Assembly (NCBI GenBank): GCA_043732305.1
Contig: JAYTHU010000239.1
Coordinates: 1-49,282 of the forward strand
DNA length: 49,282 nucleotides
Direction: 5' to 3'
DNA from: Oligoflexia bacterium
GTDB taxonomy: Bacteria; Bdellovibrionota; Bdellovibrionia; JABDDW01
Shown one piece after another: positions 9,377 to 18,591 of the stretch (position 1 is the stretch's first letter; each line of letters starts with the position of its first letter). The notes below the pieces were generated by a model, which saw only the letters and a program-made list of their open reading frames with translations, made no database searches and had not been told where the DNA came from. The position numbers and the translations under genes were made by a program.

Positions 9377-9735
9377 ACGCCTTCCTTTTCGATAATCACT
9401 CGGGTTTGACAGAGAGTGCAGAGATCCTCCAGTGGCCACTTGTCTGGACCACGCGCGATCGGCAATGGTTTTCCACATGCAGGACAACTGCAAACGCCTT
9501 CCTCTACAAAGCTCAATCGCTCGTAAACTTTTTTTGCGATGATAGGGCCTAAAATCAACATGAGTGGGGGAATGACAAAGTGTGCGCCTGGGACAATTAT
9601 CGAACAAACACCGATACCCCAGATGATCGCAAGAATTTTCAGGGCGCGCTTGCGCCGCTCGGGCTGTGAGAATACTTTAATCCCGACAGTGCCCTCAGTG
9701 ACTTTATCTCCGTGACCTTTTACTAAAACGTTTAT
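9373..9735 (-). CDS. Small membrane protein with a C-terminal CxxC..CxxC zinc ribbon (start codon non-canonical or uncertain)
   Basis: The frame of the 62-aa ORF stays open 58 codons upstream and encodes a hydrophobic hairpin (ALKILAIIWGIGVCSIIVPGAHFVIPPLMLILGPII) before CPACG and CTLC; it fills the gap between neighbours exactly. Confidence 0.62.
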   Translation of the reverse strand: MNVLVKGHGDKVTEGTVGIKVFSQPERRKRALKILAIIWGIGVCSIIVPGAHFVIPPLMLILGPIIAKKVYERLSFVEEGVCSCPACGKPLPIARGPDKWPLEDLCTLCQTRVIIEKEGV

Positions 9736-10820
9736 GGTAAGAAAAATACACCTCGCAGTTTGACATCTTTTTTAAATCTAATTTTAGACAAAGTTATTAG
9801 GCAAAGTTTTTGCACATTCTTCCAAGCTCGCACATTTTTTCCCGAAGTCTGTGAACTCAATGCGAGCGATTCAATTTGGTCGAAATCCTCAGGGGAGAAA
9901 GCTGTCTTCGGAACCAACGCCAATATTTGCCAGAAAAGAAAGAGTGAACTTCCTGATGGCCTAATGGCTTTTTTTACCAAAGCTAGAAGGCTCTTTCGAT
10001 TTTGAGACTGGATAGAGGTAAATCTAAAATCTGGCTGAGTTTTCTTTTTTCCGTATTTGGGAAAAGTCGAAAAAACACCGGCTGATGTCTTCACTGTTTG
10101 AATCCACTCTTTCCAACTGGCATCAGTTCCGTAGAGAAGAGTCTCTAAAAGTTCCCAGACTGCAAAATGCACTTCAGAATTTCGTATGGCCTGGTTCTTG
10201 GTTGTCGATGCTTTGAGATTGAGGTCATTCCACCAAAGGTTCACGTACCGCCGCTGCTTCTCAGAGTAGCGGACTTCATGACCAAACCATTCGGTGTATT
10301 CAGCGGTTGTTTGTACTTTACGGGGAAGAGCAAAGTTCTCGAGTTCGCCTTTCAGATAAAGATCAATAAGAAGTCGGCAAAAATCTGCGGTTAGAAAATC
10401 TGGAAGATCAGGATTTAACTTCTGGAATTTTTTCCAGTTTCCCGCTCGAACTTCTACGGCCAGGCCGCCACGTTCTTCAAAGCTTAGTAGGTGATAGTCT
10501 AAAACCAAAACGGCAAAAGCCTCACTGGCGAGGTGATTTTCGAAAAACCGTTCGAAGTTATTCCATGCTTCTGCGCCTAAATGGTGCGTGGCAAAGTCAT
10601 AAAATAAAATGTGCAAGAGGTCATGCATGACCCAAAGATCTCGAGTTTTTCCAAGCGGAACTGAAACTCGCCGCAAGTGCGGTGTAAACCCGCGAAGATC
10701 GGGCAAGCCTGCCTTTTTATAGTTCCAGGTGGGAAGGTGAGGGGAAAATTCAATTCCCGTGGCCTTCGCATACTGCGTGATTCGGCGCATTGTTTTGCGA
10801 GTGTGTGCATTGAGTGACAT
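9732..10820 (-). CDS. Hypothetical protein with an HDxxH...E putative metal site
   Basis: 362-aa ORF; WVMHDLLHILFY...ENHLASEAFA; no family recognised. Confidence 0.75.
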   Translation of the reverse strand: MSLNAHTRKTMRRITQYAKATGIEFSPHLPTWNYKKAGLPDLRGFTPHLRRVSVPLGKTRDLWVMHDLLHILFYDFATHHLGAEAWNNFERFFENHLASEAFAVLVLDYHLLSFEERGGLAVEVRAGNWKKFQKLNPDLPDFLTADFCRLLIDLYLKGELENFALPRKVQTTAEYTEWFGHEVRYSEKQRRYVNLWWNDLNLKASTTKNQAIRNSEVHFAVWELLETLLYGTDASWKEWIQTVKTSAGVFSTFPKYGKKKTQPDFRFTSIQSQNRKSLLALVKKAIRPSGSSLFLFWQILALVPKTAFSPEDFDQIESLALSSQTSGKNVRAWKNVQKLCLITLSKIRFKKDVKLRGVFFLP

Positions 10821-10912
10821 GGATCATGTCTAGTGAGTTCATTTACTTTTTGCAAGTCTGTCATAAACAATTCAAAAACTTTCGCTCCTTCGCCTTTGTG
10901 CGCATGAAGAGC

Positions 10913-10928
10913 AGGTCTGAGATTTGCT
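10913..10928 (+). promoter_or_regulatory. Candidate sigma54 promoter for the C1B peptidase gene
   Basis: AGGTCTGAGATTTGCT = GG-N10-GC with a good TTTGC -12 and a degenerate -24. Confidence 0.38.
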
Positions 10929-10966
10929 AACTCATAAGTAGGGATAATATAACAGGGGGGGCTTTC

Positions 10967-12532
10967 GTGGTTAAAAGTTTAGCTTTCGCTATACTCGTTT
11001 TTATGACTTTATCAGCGGCTGGTTTATTTTCAGAGTTAGCCGCAGCTGCTAATTCTGCCAGCAATTCGTGTGATCAAATTCTAGGGAAGGACCTCAATAT
11101 AGATTGGGTCACTGGGACGATGAACGATCTCGATAAAGGATTCACTCGTCAAGATAACCGTTTGAGACGAATGGTTCAGAAAGTTGGAATTGGTAGAGCC
11201 ACATTGAATGATGGGATACTTCTCAATCATGACAATCGTTATCTAGTTGCTCTTCCAGATATGGACATCACCAATCAGAACAGTTCCGGGCGATGCTGGG
11301 CATTCTCTGGTGGTAACTCTCTCCGAGCCAAGTTGATGAAGGAAAATAAAGTAGACGCGAAGTTTCAGTTTTCGCAAGCTTACCTGCACTTTTTCAGTCA
11401 ACTCGAAAGAAGCAACATTTACTTAGAAAAAGTTATTTCCGCTCTTGGAAAAATCAAAGACGAGACAAAACTACGCGAACGAATTGATGTGAACGAGTCA
11501 GTGAGTGACGGCGGGTTCTTCATGTGGTTCGCAGGTCTTGTAGAGAAATACGGGATTGCTCCACAATCGGCAATGCCTGAAACCGCGTCTTCAGATAACA
11601 CTGCCAAACTTCAAGAGGCTCTCAAAGATGTTTTGACTTTTGCCGCAAATAAAATGGTCGAAACAGTTCAGCAAGTGAAAGCTACCGGAGCTGATCGATT
11701 GTCACAGGAAGACATTCAGATTTTAAGATCAATTAAAACTGATGCCATCAGAAAAGTTCTCACCGTTTTGAAATTTCATCTCGGAGATCCACCTTCAAGC
11801 TTCAACTGGATCAAATATGAAACTGCGGGAGAAGGAAAAGATAAAAAGATTGTTGAGAAAATCACTGAGCACTACACTCCGCTTGAATTTGCGCAAAACT
11901 TTGTTGGTTTTAAAAAATCCGATTACGTGATGGTGAGTTTCAATCCGCGAGTGCCCACGGGCACTTACTATGAAGTGCTTGATACTCAATTGATCCTTCC
12001 TCAAAAAGGTTCGACGGCGACCAATGTTCGCACTTTGAATATGACCCATGATGATGGGTTAGATATGATCGATCGCACTTTGGACCTCGGATGGTTTGCT
12101 CCCGAGTTCGATGCAGACATAAGAAAAGATACTGATTTTGGAAGTGGAGTCATGCACCCGGGCATCTTTGTGGACGAAGATGTTTATAATTTTCCCAAAT
12201 CGGAAAATCCTCGCGCCATGGGTCGGGTGAAAGCGCAGTGGATAAAATGGAGCTACGCTGTTCATGCGATGGTTATCACCGCTAAAGACAAAATAAAAAA
12301 TACAAGTGAGTATCCCATCCTTAAGCTTCGCGTAGATAACACCTGGGGAAAATTTTCGTCGACTGGTGGAGGTACCGTTCCGGTGGGGGACAACGGCCGT
12401 TTCCACATGTATCCGTCTTGGTTTCGCATGTACGTAGATACTATTGTGGTTCCGGTTGAAGCCTTGACTGAAGCCCAGCGTGCCAAGCTAGCCGAACGTC
12501 CAAAGTTAATTTCAATTAAGAAATTCGACTGA
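10967..12532 (+). CDS. Exported aminopeptidase C / bleomycin hydrolase-family (C1B) cysteine peptidase
   Basis: ITNQNSSGRCWAF (Gln/Cys), FQFSQAYL, DGG, VHAMVIT (His), RVDNTWG (Asn); N-terminal signal peptide. Confidence 0.9.
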   Translation: MVKSLAFAILVFMTLSAAGLFSELAAAANSASNSCDQILGKDLNIDWVTGTMNDLDKGFTRQDNRLRRMVQKVGIGRATLNDGILLNHDNRYLVALPDMDITNQNSSGRCWAFSGGNSLRAKLMKENKVDAKFQFSQAYLHFFSQLERSNIYLEKVISALGKIKDETKLRERIDVNESVSDGGFFMWFAGLVEKYGIAPQSAMPETASSDNTAKLQEALKDVLTFAANKMVETVQQVKATGADRLSQEDIQILRSIKTDAIRKVLTVLKFHLGDPPSSFNWIKYETAGEGKDKKIVEKITEHYTPLEFAQNFVGFKKSDYVMVSFNPRVPTGTYYEVLDTQLILPQKGSTATNVRTLNMTHDDGLDMIDRTLDLGWFAPEFDADIRKDTDFGSGVMHPGIFVDEDVYNFPKSENPRAMGRVKAQWIKWSYAVHAMVITAKDKIKNTSEYPILKLRVDNTWGKFSSTGGGTVPVGDNGRFHMYPSWFRMYVDTIVVPVEALTEAQRAKLAERPKLISIKKFD

Positions 12533-12548
12533 TCATGATTTCGACATT

Positions 12549-12571
12549 TCCCTCGCACCTGGCGAGGGATT
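12549..12571 (+). terminator. Stem-loop after the peptidase gene (possible weak terminator)
   Basis: TCCCTCGC-ACCTG-GCGAGGGA followed by only TT. Confidence 0.3.
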
Positions 12572-12811
12572 GCTGGAGATAAACAAAGATAATTTCACTC
12601 AAAAGGAATATACAAATCGCTAGCCGGGAGTCTAACCAAACTGGACCTTGGAAAATCAAATCAAAATAGAATAAAATCTAGACACTGTTCCAAACGTGAC
12701 AGTTTTTCAAAATTTCCGCCGTGAAATTATTCGAGAATAATTGACTGAATCATTTGGAATTTCCAATCGTTAAATGACGAGACTCGACCAAAGCCGCGCC
12801 CATGGCCACTT

Positions 12812-12827
12812 TGGACCAGGTCTTGCT
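12812..12827 (+). promoter_or_regulatory. Candidate sigma54 promoter
   Basis: TGGACCAGGTCTTGCT = TGG-N10-GC with TTGC; inverted repeat ACTGT-N10-ACAGT at 12684..12703 could be an activator site. Confidence 0.5.
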
Positions 12828-12852
12828 CTAGTGAGTGAGCATGGGGGGCTCG

Positions 12853-13833
12853 ATGCAAGCTTATAAACAGTATTTGATTTTGGCAGCGGCGATGATGATG
12901 AGCGTTGCCTGTTCGCAAATGAATTTTACTCCGTCATCTTTAAGCGCACCGCAGACGCAATCAATCATTGCGCCGATTGCCACGCCTCCATCTGTTGTTA
13001 TTGTACCTCCCGTAGTTCCTGTCGCTCCAAGGCCAATCGTTATGAACCAAGGCCTCTGCGCGTATGACCAAAAGCTCACCAGTTGCATGGCTTGCCCTTC
13101 GGCGCCAGCACCAATACCTCTGACAAAAGCTCAGCAACTTGCGCAAATCATGTCCATGGGATGCCAAATTTCTAATTCGAGTGATCCTAAAGGATATGTC
13201 TCACCCAATTATCAAAATATTTTGAGCCAAGTAGACATGTGCAATTCTACTATTTACCCTATCTCTAGCAGTGCGATTGGAAATCCGTCAGCATTGCAAA
13301 TTTCCGTGGTGAATCAACTGATGACTCCTGATTCCAGTCTGAGACAGACAATGTTTGGAAAACTTTTTTATACCGGAAATTATTCAGACGCCTTTGAAAC
13401 ATATTTTGGAATTGGTTTGGCCGAAGCTCGCTATCTGTTTTGCTATCAGTCAAACAACATTAGCGGAGATTTGATCACTTTGGCTTCAGTGAAAGCCAGT
13501 GAAACAATTGGTCTCGATCAATGGCTTGGTTCAAATCCTAAGGGTGTGGATCAGATGGCCTATAAAACTGGCAATTACATCAGAGGTCAACTTGAATCAT
13601 GTCTTGATGCGCCAGGTTCTCCCGCTGGAGCTCCAAACTCCACCAAGGTTTGTTCGTATAAAAGCTATCCTGGAATCAGCATTGCGGATGCAAAGACTGA
13701 AACTGTAGCTTTGTTGGTCGGAGGGTATAAAATTTCCGTGGAAAACAACTCTTTGTGTATGGCTGTAAGTAAAATCTCTGACTTAGATGGTCAAGAAGGT
13801 CCGATCACCCTTGCCGGAATGCTCTGCCAGTAG
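12853..13833 (+). CDS. Cys-rich hypothetical lipoprotein
   Basis: Start likely ATG 12853 after GGGGGG; lipobox SVAC; Pro-rich linker; about ten mature Cys. Confidence 0.75.
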   Translation: MQAYKQYLILAAAMMMSVACSQMNFTPSSLSAPQTQSIIAPIATPPSVVIVPPVVPVAPRPIVMNQGLCAYDQKLTSCMACPSAPAPIPLTKAQQLAQIMSMGCQISNSSDPKGYVSPNYQNILSQVDMCNSTIYPISSSAIGNPSALQISVVNQLMTPDSSLRQTMFGKLFYTGNYSDAFETYFGIGLAEARYLFCYQSNNISGDLITLASVKASETIGLDQWLGSNPKGVDQMAYKTGNYIRGQLESCLDAPGSPAGAPNSTKVCSYKSYPGISIADAKTETVALLVGGYKISVENNSLCMAVSKISDLDGQEGPITLAGMLCQ

Positions 13834-13848
13834 TAGACCTCTTGTTCT

Positions 13849-15318
13849 ATGAGCAATAAAAAAATCGGGCTCCACTGGTTCAGACGCGATCTAAGACTTG
13901 CTGGAAACCCCGCGCTAAATTTCAATTTAAAAAAATCTGATGGTCACGTCTTAGGAATCTTTTGTTTTGATTCGAAGTTTCTCTCCCGTGAAGACTTCTC
14001 TCACAATCGATTCGCATTTTTCATTGAGACAATAAGAAAACTAAGAGAAGACCTCCATGCTGCTGGTGGAGATCTTCTGATTCTGGATGAACTTCCACAA
14101 CAGGCTTTTCCTCGTCTAATAAAAAATTTGAAAGAAAAAACTGATTTTGAAATTTCGCTTCTGACTTTCAATCGTGATTATGAACCTTATGCGCGAACAC
14201 GAGATGCGGAAATTAGAAAAACAGTTGAGGGCGAACTCGGTATTGAAGTTCAATCTGAGCGAGATCATCTTATATTGGAACCTCACGAAGTTTATAAGAG
14301 CCCAATGGATCAGAGTTATTATCAGGTCTTTACCCCGTTTTCTAGCCGATGGTTCAGGACTCTGCAAGAACGCCAATATTTAACAAGAATAAAAGCTGAC
14401 GAAAAAAATTCTGGTTTTAAAATAACTTGGAAAGATGTTTTTGAGAATGGTTTAACTTCTCAAGATTTCCCAGATCAGCTAGAAAAATTTGCTACTGAAA
14501 ATCAAAAGCACGTCACTATTAAATTGCCTCAAGCGGGAAGTGCAGCTGCTTTTTCCGTACTGAAAGAATTTAAAAAACATTTGAATGATTACTCCGTTGG
14601 AAGAGATATTCCCTCAATCAATGGAACGTCACATCTTTCTATATATTTGAAAAATGGTTCGATCACTACCGCGCAAATAGTTCATTTTCTCGAACTTCAT
14701 AAGGTTGATATCAAAGCTCAAAACGGCGCAACTAAATTTCTCAAAGAACTTATTTGGCGCGAATTTTACTACCATATTTTGTGGCATGTGCCCGCGGTAG
14801 AGAAAAGAGCTTTCCGTGAAAAATATGAAAAGATCAGATGGCATGCCAGTGACAAAATGTTCAAAGCATGGTGCGAAGGTAAAACTGGTTATCCCATTGT
14901 GGATGCAGGAATGCGTCAGCTCAATGAAACGGGTTGGATGCATAATCGAGTGAGGATGATTGTTGCTAGTTTTCTGAGCAAAGATCTTTTGCTCGATTAC
15001 AAACTTGGCGAAAGCTATTTCATGAAAATGCTTTTGGACGGAGACCTTGCGCCAAACAATGGCGGATGGCAGTGGGCTGCTTCCACTGGGTGTGATCCTC
15101 AGCCGTATTTTAGAATTTTTAATCCTCTTTTACAGAGTGAAAAGTTCGATCCCGAAGGCTTATACATTAAAAAATATATCCCTGAACTCCGCGGATTTGA
15201 CAGCAAGACAATTCATGCTCCTCATCTCCATGGTGGGGCGGCGGGCTATCCGAATCCAATAGTCGACCACGCAGTACAAAAAGAAAAGGCCCTTAAGCTT
15301 TATAAAGTAGTGAGTTAA
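13849..15318 (+). CDS. phrB: Deoxyribodipyrimidine (CPD class I) photolyase
   Basis: WFRRDLRL, TSHLSIYLKNG, ELIWREFY, GKTGYPIVDAGMRQL, WMHNRVRM, NNGGWQWAASTG, FRIFNP. Confidence 0.95.
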   Translation: MSNKKIGLHWFRRDLRLAGNPALNFNLKKSDGHVLGIFCFDSKFLSREDFSHNRFAFFIETIRKLREDLHAAGGDLLILDELPQQAFPRLIKNLKEKTDFEISLLTFNRDYEPYARTRDAEIRKTVEGELGIEVQSERDHLILEPHEVYKSPMDQSYYQVFTPFSSRWFRTLQERQYLTRIKADEKNSGFKITWKDVFENGLTSQDFPDQLEKFATENQKHVTIKLPQAGSAAAFSVLKEFKKHLNDYSVGRDIPSINGTSHLSIYLKNGSITTAQIVHFLELHKVDIKAQNGATKFLKELIWREFYYHILWHVPAVEKRAFREKYEKIRWHASDKMFKAWCEGKTGYPIVDAGMRQLNETGWMHNRVRMIVASFLSKDLLLDYKLGESYFMKMLLDGDLAPNNGGWQWAASTGCDPQPYFRIFNPLLQSEKFDPEGLYIKKYIPELRGFDSKTIHAPHLHGGAAGYPNPIVDHAVQKEKALKLYKVVS

Positions 15319-15336
15319 ATCTCTCCTTTAGACCAG

Positions 15337-15364
15337 TCAAGAACTTCGACAATTCCACCGACAT
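15337..15364 (+). promoter_or_regulatory. Candidate sigma28 (FliA) promoter
   Basis: TCAAG...ACCGACAT, resembling TAAAG-N-GCCGATAA. Confidence 0.38.
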
Positions 15365-15371
15365 TTAATGT

Positions 15372-15444
15372 GAGCCAGGAAGGTTCGAAAATACAACTCA
15401 TGGACAGAGTGATGCCTCAATGAAGAACTAGGGAGAGGGCTTCA
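15372..15444 (+). promoter_or_regulatory. 5' leader with GGA-loop hairpins (candidate CsrA sites)
   Basis: GAGCC-AGGAA-GGTTC; ACTC-ATGGACA-GAGT; AGGGA in the SD region enclosed by TGAAG/CTTCA. Confidence 0.5.
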
Positions 15445-15445
15445 C

Positions 15446-16033
15446 ATGTTTAAGTTTCTTTTTGCTGTTATCACTATTACGGTTTTCACTCAGTGTTTTT
15501 ACTTGGCCGAAGCTCGAGCCGAGCGCAAAGATTTTAAAGTCTTTGATGTCAGGAAAAATCTTCCGCTGACGGACGCTGATCCGATTCGTTACGATTATTA
15601 TGTCAGCATTGGTCAAGATCATGGTGTCGAAAAAGGCGCTGTGCTCACTGTCTACCGCCGAGTTCCGGTGATGGATATGTATCGAAATCAGAATCATGAC
15701 GACATGCAAATTCCCGTCGCTAAATTAAAAATTATTTACTCTGAACGCACGATGAGTGTGGGACGTGTGATGAAACTAGCTAACCGAGATAAAATTCCCG
15801 TCCTCGAATTCGACAAGGTCATGACGGGTGATCGAGTGGAGTTTGCTGGTCTCGATAGCAAAGGTGATGCACAAGCATTTGAGCAAGACAAAAAACGCCC
15901 TAATCGTTCGAAGCTAGCAAAGTTGCCAAGTCTGGCAAGCAAGCGTGATGTTGCTTCTAGCCCGAAAATGGCTTCAGCTGAACTCCCCACGATTAGCCAG
16001 CCTGCAACAGCGGCGGATTTGACGAAACCTTAG
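15446..16033 (+). CDS. Exported protein with a FlgT C-terminal-like beta domain
   Basis: Signal peptide AEARA|; YYVSIGQDHGVEKGAVLTVYR...VAKLKII...SVGRV...GDRV pattern; disordered tail. Confidence 0.6.
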   Translation: MFKFLFAVITITVFTQCFYLAEARAERKDFKVFDVRKNLPLTDADPIRYDYYVSIGQDHGVEKGAVLTVYRRVPVMDMYRNQNHDDMQIPVAKLKIIYSERTMSVGRVMKLANRDKIPVLEFDKVMTGDRVEFAGLDSKGDAQAFEQDKKRPNRSKLAKLPSLASKRDVASSPKMASAELPTISQPATAADLTKP

Positions 16034-16051
16034 TTGACTCTTGGGCTTTAA

Positions 16052-16972
16052 ATGTTAAAAAACCAAATGCAAAATGATTTTTGGGAAGCTCACATTAAAA
16101 ACTTACCGTCTGATTTAGAGCCCACGCTCACCACTCTTTTGTTTGAACATGGCTGCGGTGGCACCACTCAAAATCTTGAGTTCTCGCAACCGTCACTCAC
16201 TTATGAAGCGGTTATTGAAGAAACTGATAGAGTCAGTCTGATTTCATATTTCGATATCACTCAAAAAGAAGAAGTTGCTCCTTGGCTTCAAAGTTGGGTT
16301 TGGAGTTATTCTCCGGATACAGAAATCCAGTGGATGCTGCAAAAAAATCGAGACTGGCTGACAGAATGGAAAAAACATTTCAAACCTTTCAAGCTGTCTG
16401 GAATTAATTTTGTACCAATTTGGCTTTTTAATCCTAGAAAATATCCGCGCGCGAAGTCTGTGATTTTGGAGCCGGGAATGGCTTTTGGAACGGGTCACCA
16501 TGCGACCACAAAATTTGCCATTCAAAATCTTCGTAAGCTCACTGAAAAGAAACAATTGCAGAAGAAAGATATTCTTGATGTAGGCGCGGGAAGTGGAATT
16601 TTAGCTATAGTTGCCGAAAAACTTGGTGCACGCTCTGTTCTTGCGGTCGACAATGATCCTCATTGCTGGCGTGAATCTAAGAAAACTTTTAGACTCAATA
16701 AAGCGAAGAAATCTAAAACTACTACTAAGCAACTTGCTGCGGTGAAGCAAACTTTTGATGTTGTCATCGCAAATATCATCGATGGTATTCTCATGCAGCT
16801 CAAGGAGGATCTTTGGCGCGTGACTCGGCCTGAAGGATACTTGCTGCTTTCCGGGATACTTACCGTCGGTGCGGATGCTTTCATAAAAGATTTTTTTGAG
16901 AATAGAAATTATCTTTTGGTCCAAAGATTAGAAGATCCTGAATGGACCTGTTTTCTGGTTCAGAAAAAATGA
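16052..16972 (+). CDS. prmA: Ribosomal protein L11 methyltransferase
   Basis: DWLTEWKKHFKP, LEPGMAFGTGHHATT, LDVGAGSGIL, VIANI, LSGIL. Confidence 0.95.
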   Translation: MLKNQMQNDFWEAHIKNLPSDLEPTLTTLLFEHGCGGTTQNLEFSQPSLTYEAVIEETDRVSLISYFDITQKEEVAPWLQSWVWSYSPDTEIQWMLQKNRDWLTEWKKHFKPFKLSGINFVPIWLFNPRKYPRAKSVILEPGMAFGTGHHATTKFAIQNLRKLTEKKQLQKKDILDVGAGSGILAIVAEKLGARSVLAVDNDPHCWRESKKTFRLNKAKKSKTTTKQLAAVKQTFDVVIANIIDGILMQLKEDLWRVTRPEGYLLLSGILTVGADAFIKDFFENRNYLLVQRLEDPEWTCFLVQKK

Positions 16973-17724
16973 GACGTTTCTTTATTTCTCCCGAGCAACT
17001 TGGCGCCAAAGCGGAGCCCGGTCATCGGGTTGATTTAACGGGAGAAGAATTTCATCACTTAAAAAATGTCACTCGATTAGAACCTGGCGAGCGGGTGGAA
17101 CTTCTCGATGGAGAAGGGCGTTTGGCGCTCGCAGAAATAAAATCTATTGGGAAAAAACTGGCGACGCTCGAAGTGCTAGAGATCAAAGACCTTCCGCCAC
17201 TGCCCAAACCTTATATTCGTCTTGCCGTTTGCCTTCCTAAGTTTCAAACAATGGATTTGATCGTTCAAAAAGCTGCCGAATTAGGAGTGAAGGAAATAGT
17301 TTTGCTTCTGAGTGAGCGAAGTTTTATGAAAAAAAATTCGGAAGTCTTGACGGATAAAATAACCCGTTGGAAAAAAATAAGTTTGGAAGCGTGCAAACAA
17401 TCGGGAAGATCTTGGCCCATGGAAATTCCCGCAATCAATACATTGCAAAATTTCTTAGAGAATACGGATCTCAAATCTGCCGTTTTTCTGTTCGAAGGTG
17501 AGTCTGTACAGGACATAAAATCCGAATTGGTAAACTTTAATCGGCAAACCGAATGGGTCACGGTTATCATTGGAGCCGAGGGCGGTTTTAGCCCAGATGA
17601 AGTTTCGAGTCTCCAGACCAAGGGCCTGAAACCTATCACCCTTGGTGATTTAGTCTTACGTGTGGAAACGGCTTGCATCACTATCGTGTCCGTCATAAAA
17701 TATCACTTTGACCTTATGCGTTGA
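16969..17724 (+). CDS. rsmE: 16S rRNA m3U1498 methyltransferase
   Basis: ATGA overlap with prmA; MRRFFI, HHLKNVTRL, QKAAELGV, EACKQSGR, IGAEGGF, LGDLVLRVETA. Confidence 0.95.
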   Translation: MRRFFISPEQLGAKAEPGHRVDLTGEEFHHLKNVTRLEPGERVELLDGEGRLALAEIKSIGKKLATLEVLEIKDLPPLPKPYIRLAVCLPKFQTMDLIVQKAAELGVKEIVLLLSERSFMKKNSEVLTDKITRWKKISLEACKQSGRSWPMEIPAINTLQNFLENTDLKSAVFLFEGESVQDIKSELVNFNRQTEWVTVIIGAEGGFSPDEVSSLQTKGLKPITLGDLVLRVETACITIVSVIKYHFDLMR

Positions 17725-17775
17725 CTTCGCTCTCGAAGTTCGCGGCACGAAGGAAATCAAACCGGAGGATAGACC

Positions 17776-18591
17776 ATGCCAAATACAACGGACATTCAAG
17801 AAGATTTTGAATTCAAACCCCTGACTGAAGGTCTGGGATTTCAGAAAAAAATAATTGAACTCAGAGACGATCTGCAATCGCTGGATTCGATGGAATCTTT
17901 TAGCTCTATGCCAACACAAACTGGAATACTGCCGAAGTCAAAACCGCAGATGAACACAAGTGCGGCGACACCAAGTTTTAGTTTGCAAAGACCAACTATC
18001 AATCCACAGATGACGAATTCGCAAATGCCTCAGCGCCAAGGGCCGATTCAAAATCAACGACCCCAGACCGGAGCCACAAATGTGGGGCCTGCTTGGAAGC
18101 CCGCACTTCAAGGTGCTACCATTTTGGAAAAATCTAAAGTGGCCACAACGCAAACAGTAGGACGTTTGCAACCTGCTTCATCCAATTGGCCCGCGGCACT
18201 TTTTGATTCAGCAATGATTGCAGGAATGACTTTGCTCTTTTCCGCCGTGGTATTTGCACTCACCAAAGTAGAAGTGTCTTCATTATTAGAAACACTTGCC
18301 ACAGATTTTGGCGTGCAGATGGCTTCTTTAGCAATTGTGTTTGCTGTCTTTGAAATTTACACCGTCACTTGCAGAACTTTCTTTGCAAAGACTTTGGGCG
18401 AATGGGTTTTTGATTCGCGTTTAGGAAATTATGAAGATCAAGCCAAGCTTTCTTACCCGTTCAGAGTGGCGTTTCGGACTTTTCTAATCACCATTACTGG
18501 ATTTGTGGTTTTACCAGCTCTTAGTTCTGCGTTTGGTAAAGACCTCGCGGGTTCACTTTCCGGAGTGAAACTTTACTCGGAAATTCAATGA
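17776..18591 (+). CDS. RDD-family membrane protein with a disordered N-terminus
   Basis: FEFKPLTEGLGF N-terminal motif; AALFD, three TM segments, KTLGEW, FRT, DLAGSLSG. Confidence 0.7.
   Translation: MPNTTDIQEDFEFKPLTEGLGFQKKIIELRDDLQSLDSMESFSSMPTQTGILPKSKPQMNTSAATPSFSLQRPTINPQMTNSQMPQRQGPIQNQRPQTGATNVGPAWKPALQGATILEKSKVATTQTVGRLQPASSNWPAALFDSAMIAGMTLLFSAVVFALTKVEVSSLLETLATDFGVQMASLAIVFAVFEIYTVTCRTFFAKTLGEWVFDSRLGNYEDQAKLSYPFRVAFRTFLITITGFVVLPALSSAFGKDLAGSLSGVKLYSEIQ

Noticed and set aside
9377..9607. N-terminal 77 aa of the 398-aa ORF in the track
   Set aside because: Overlaps the zinc-ribbon gene in another frame; signal peptide and SD point to TTG 9376
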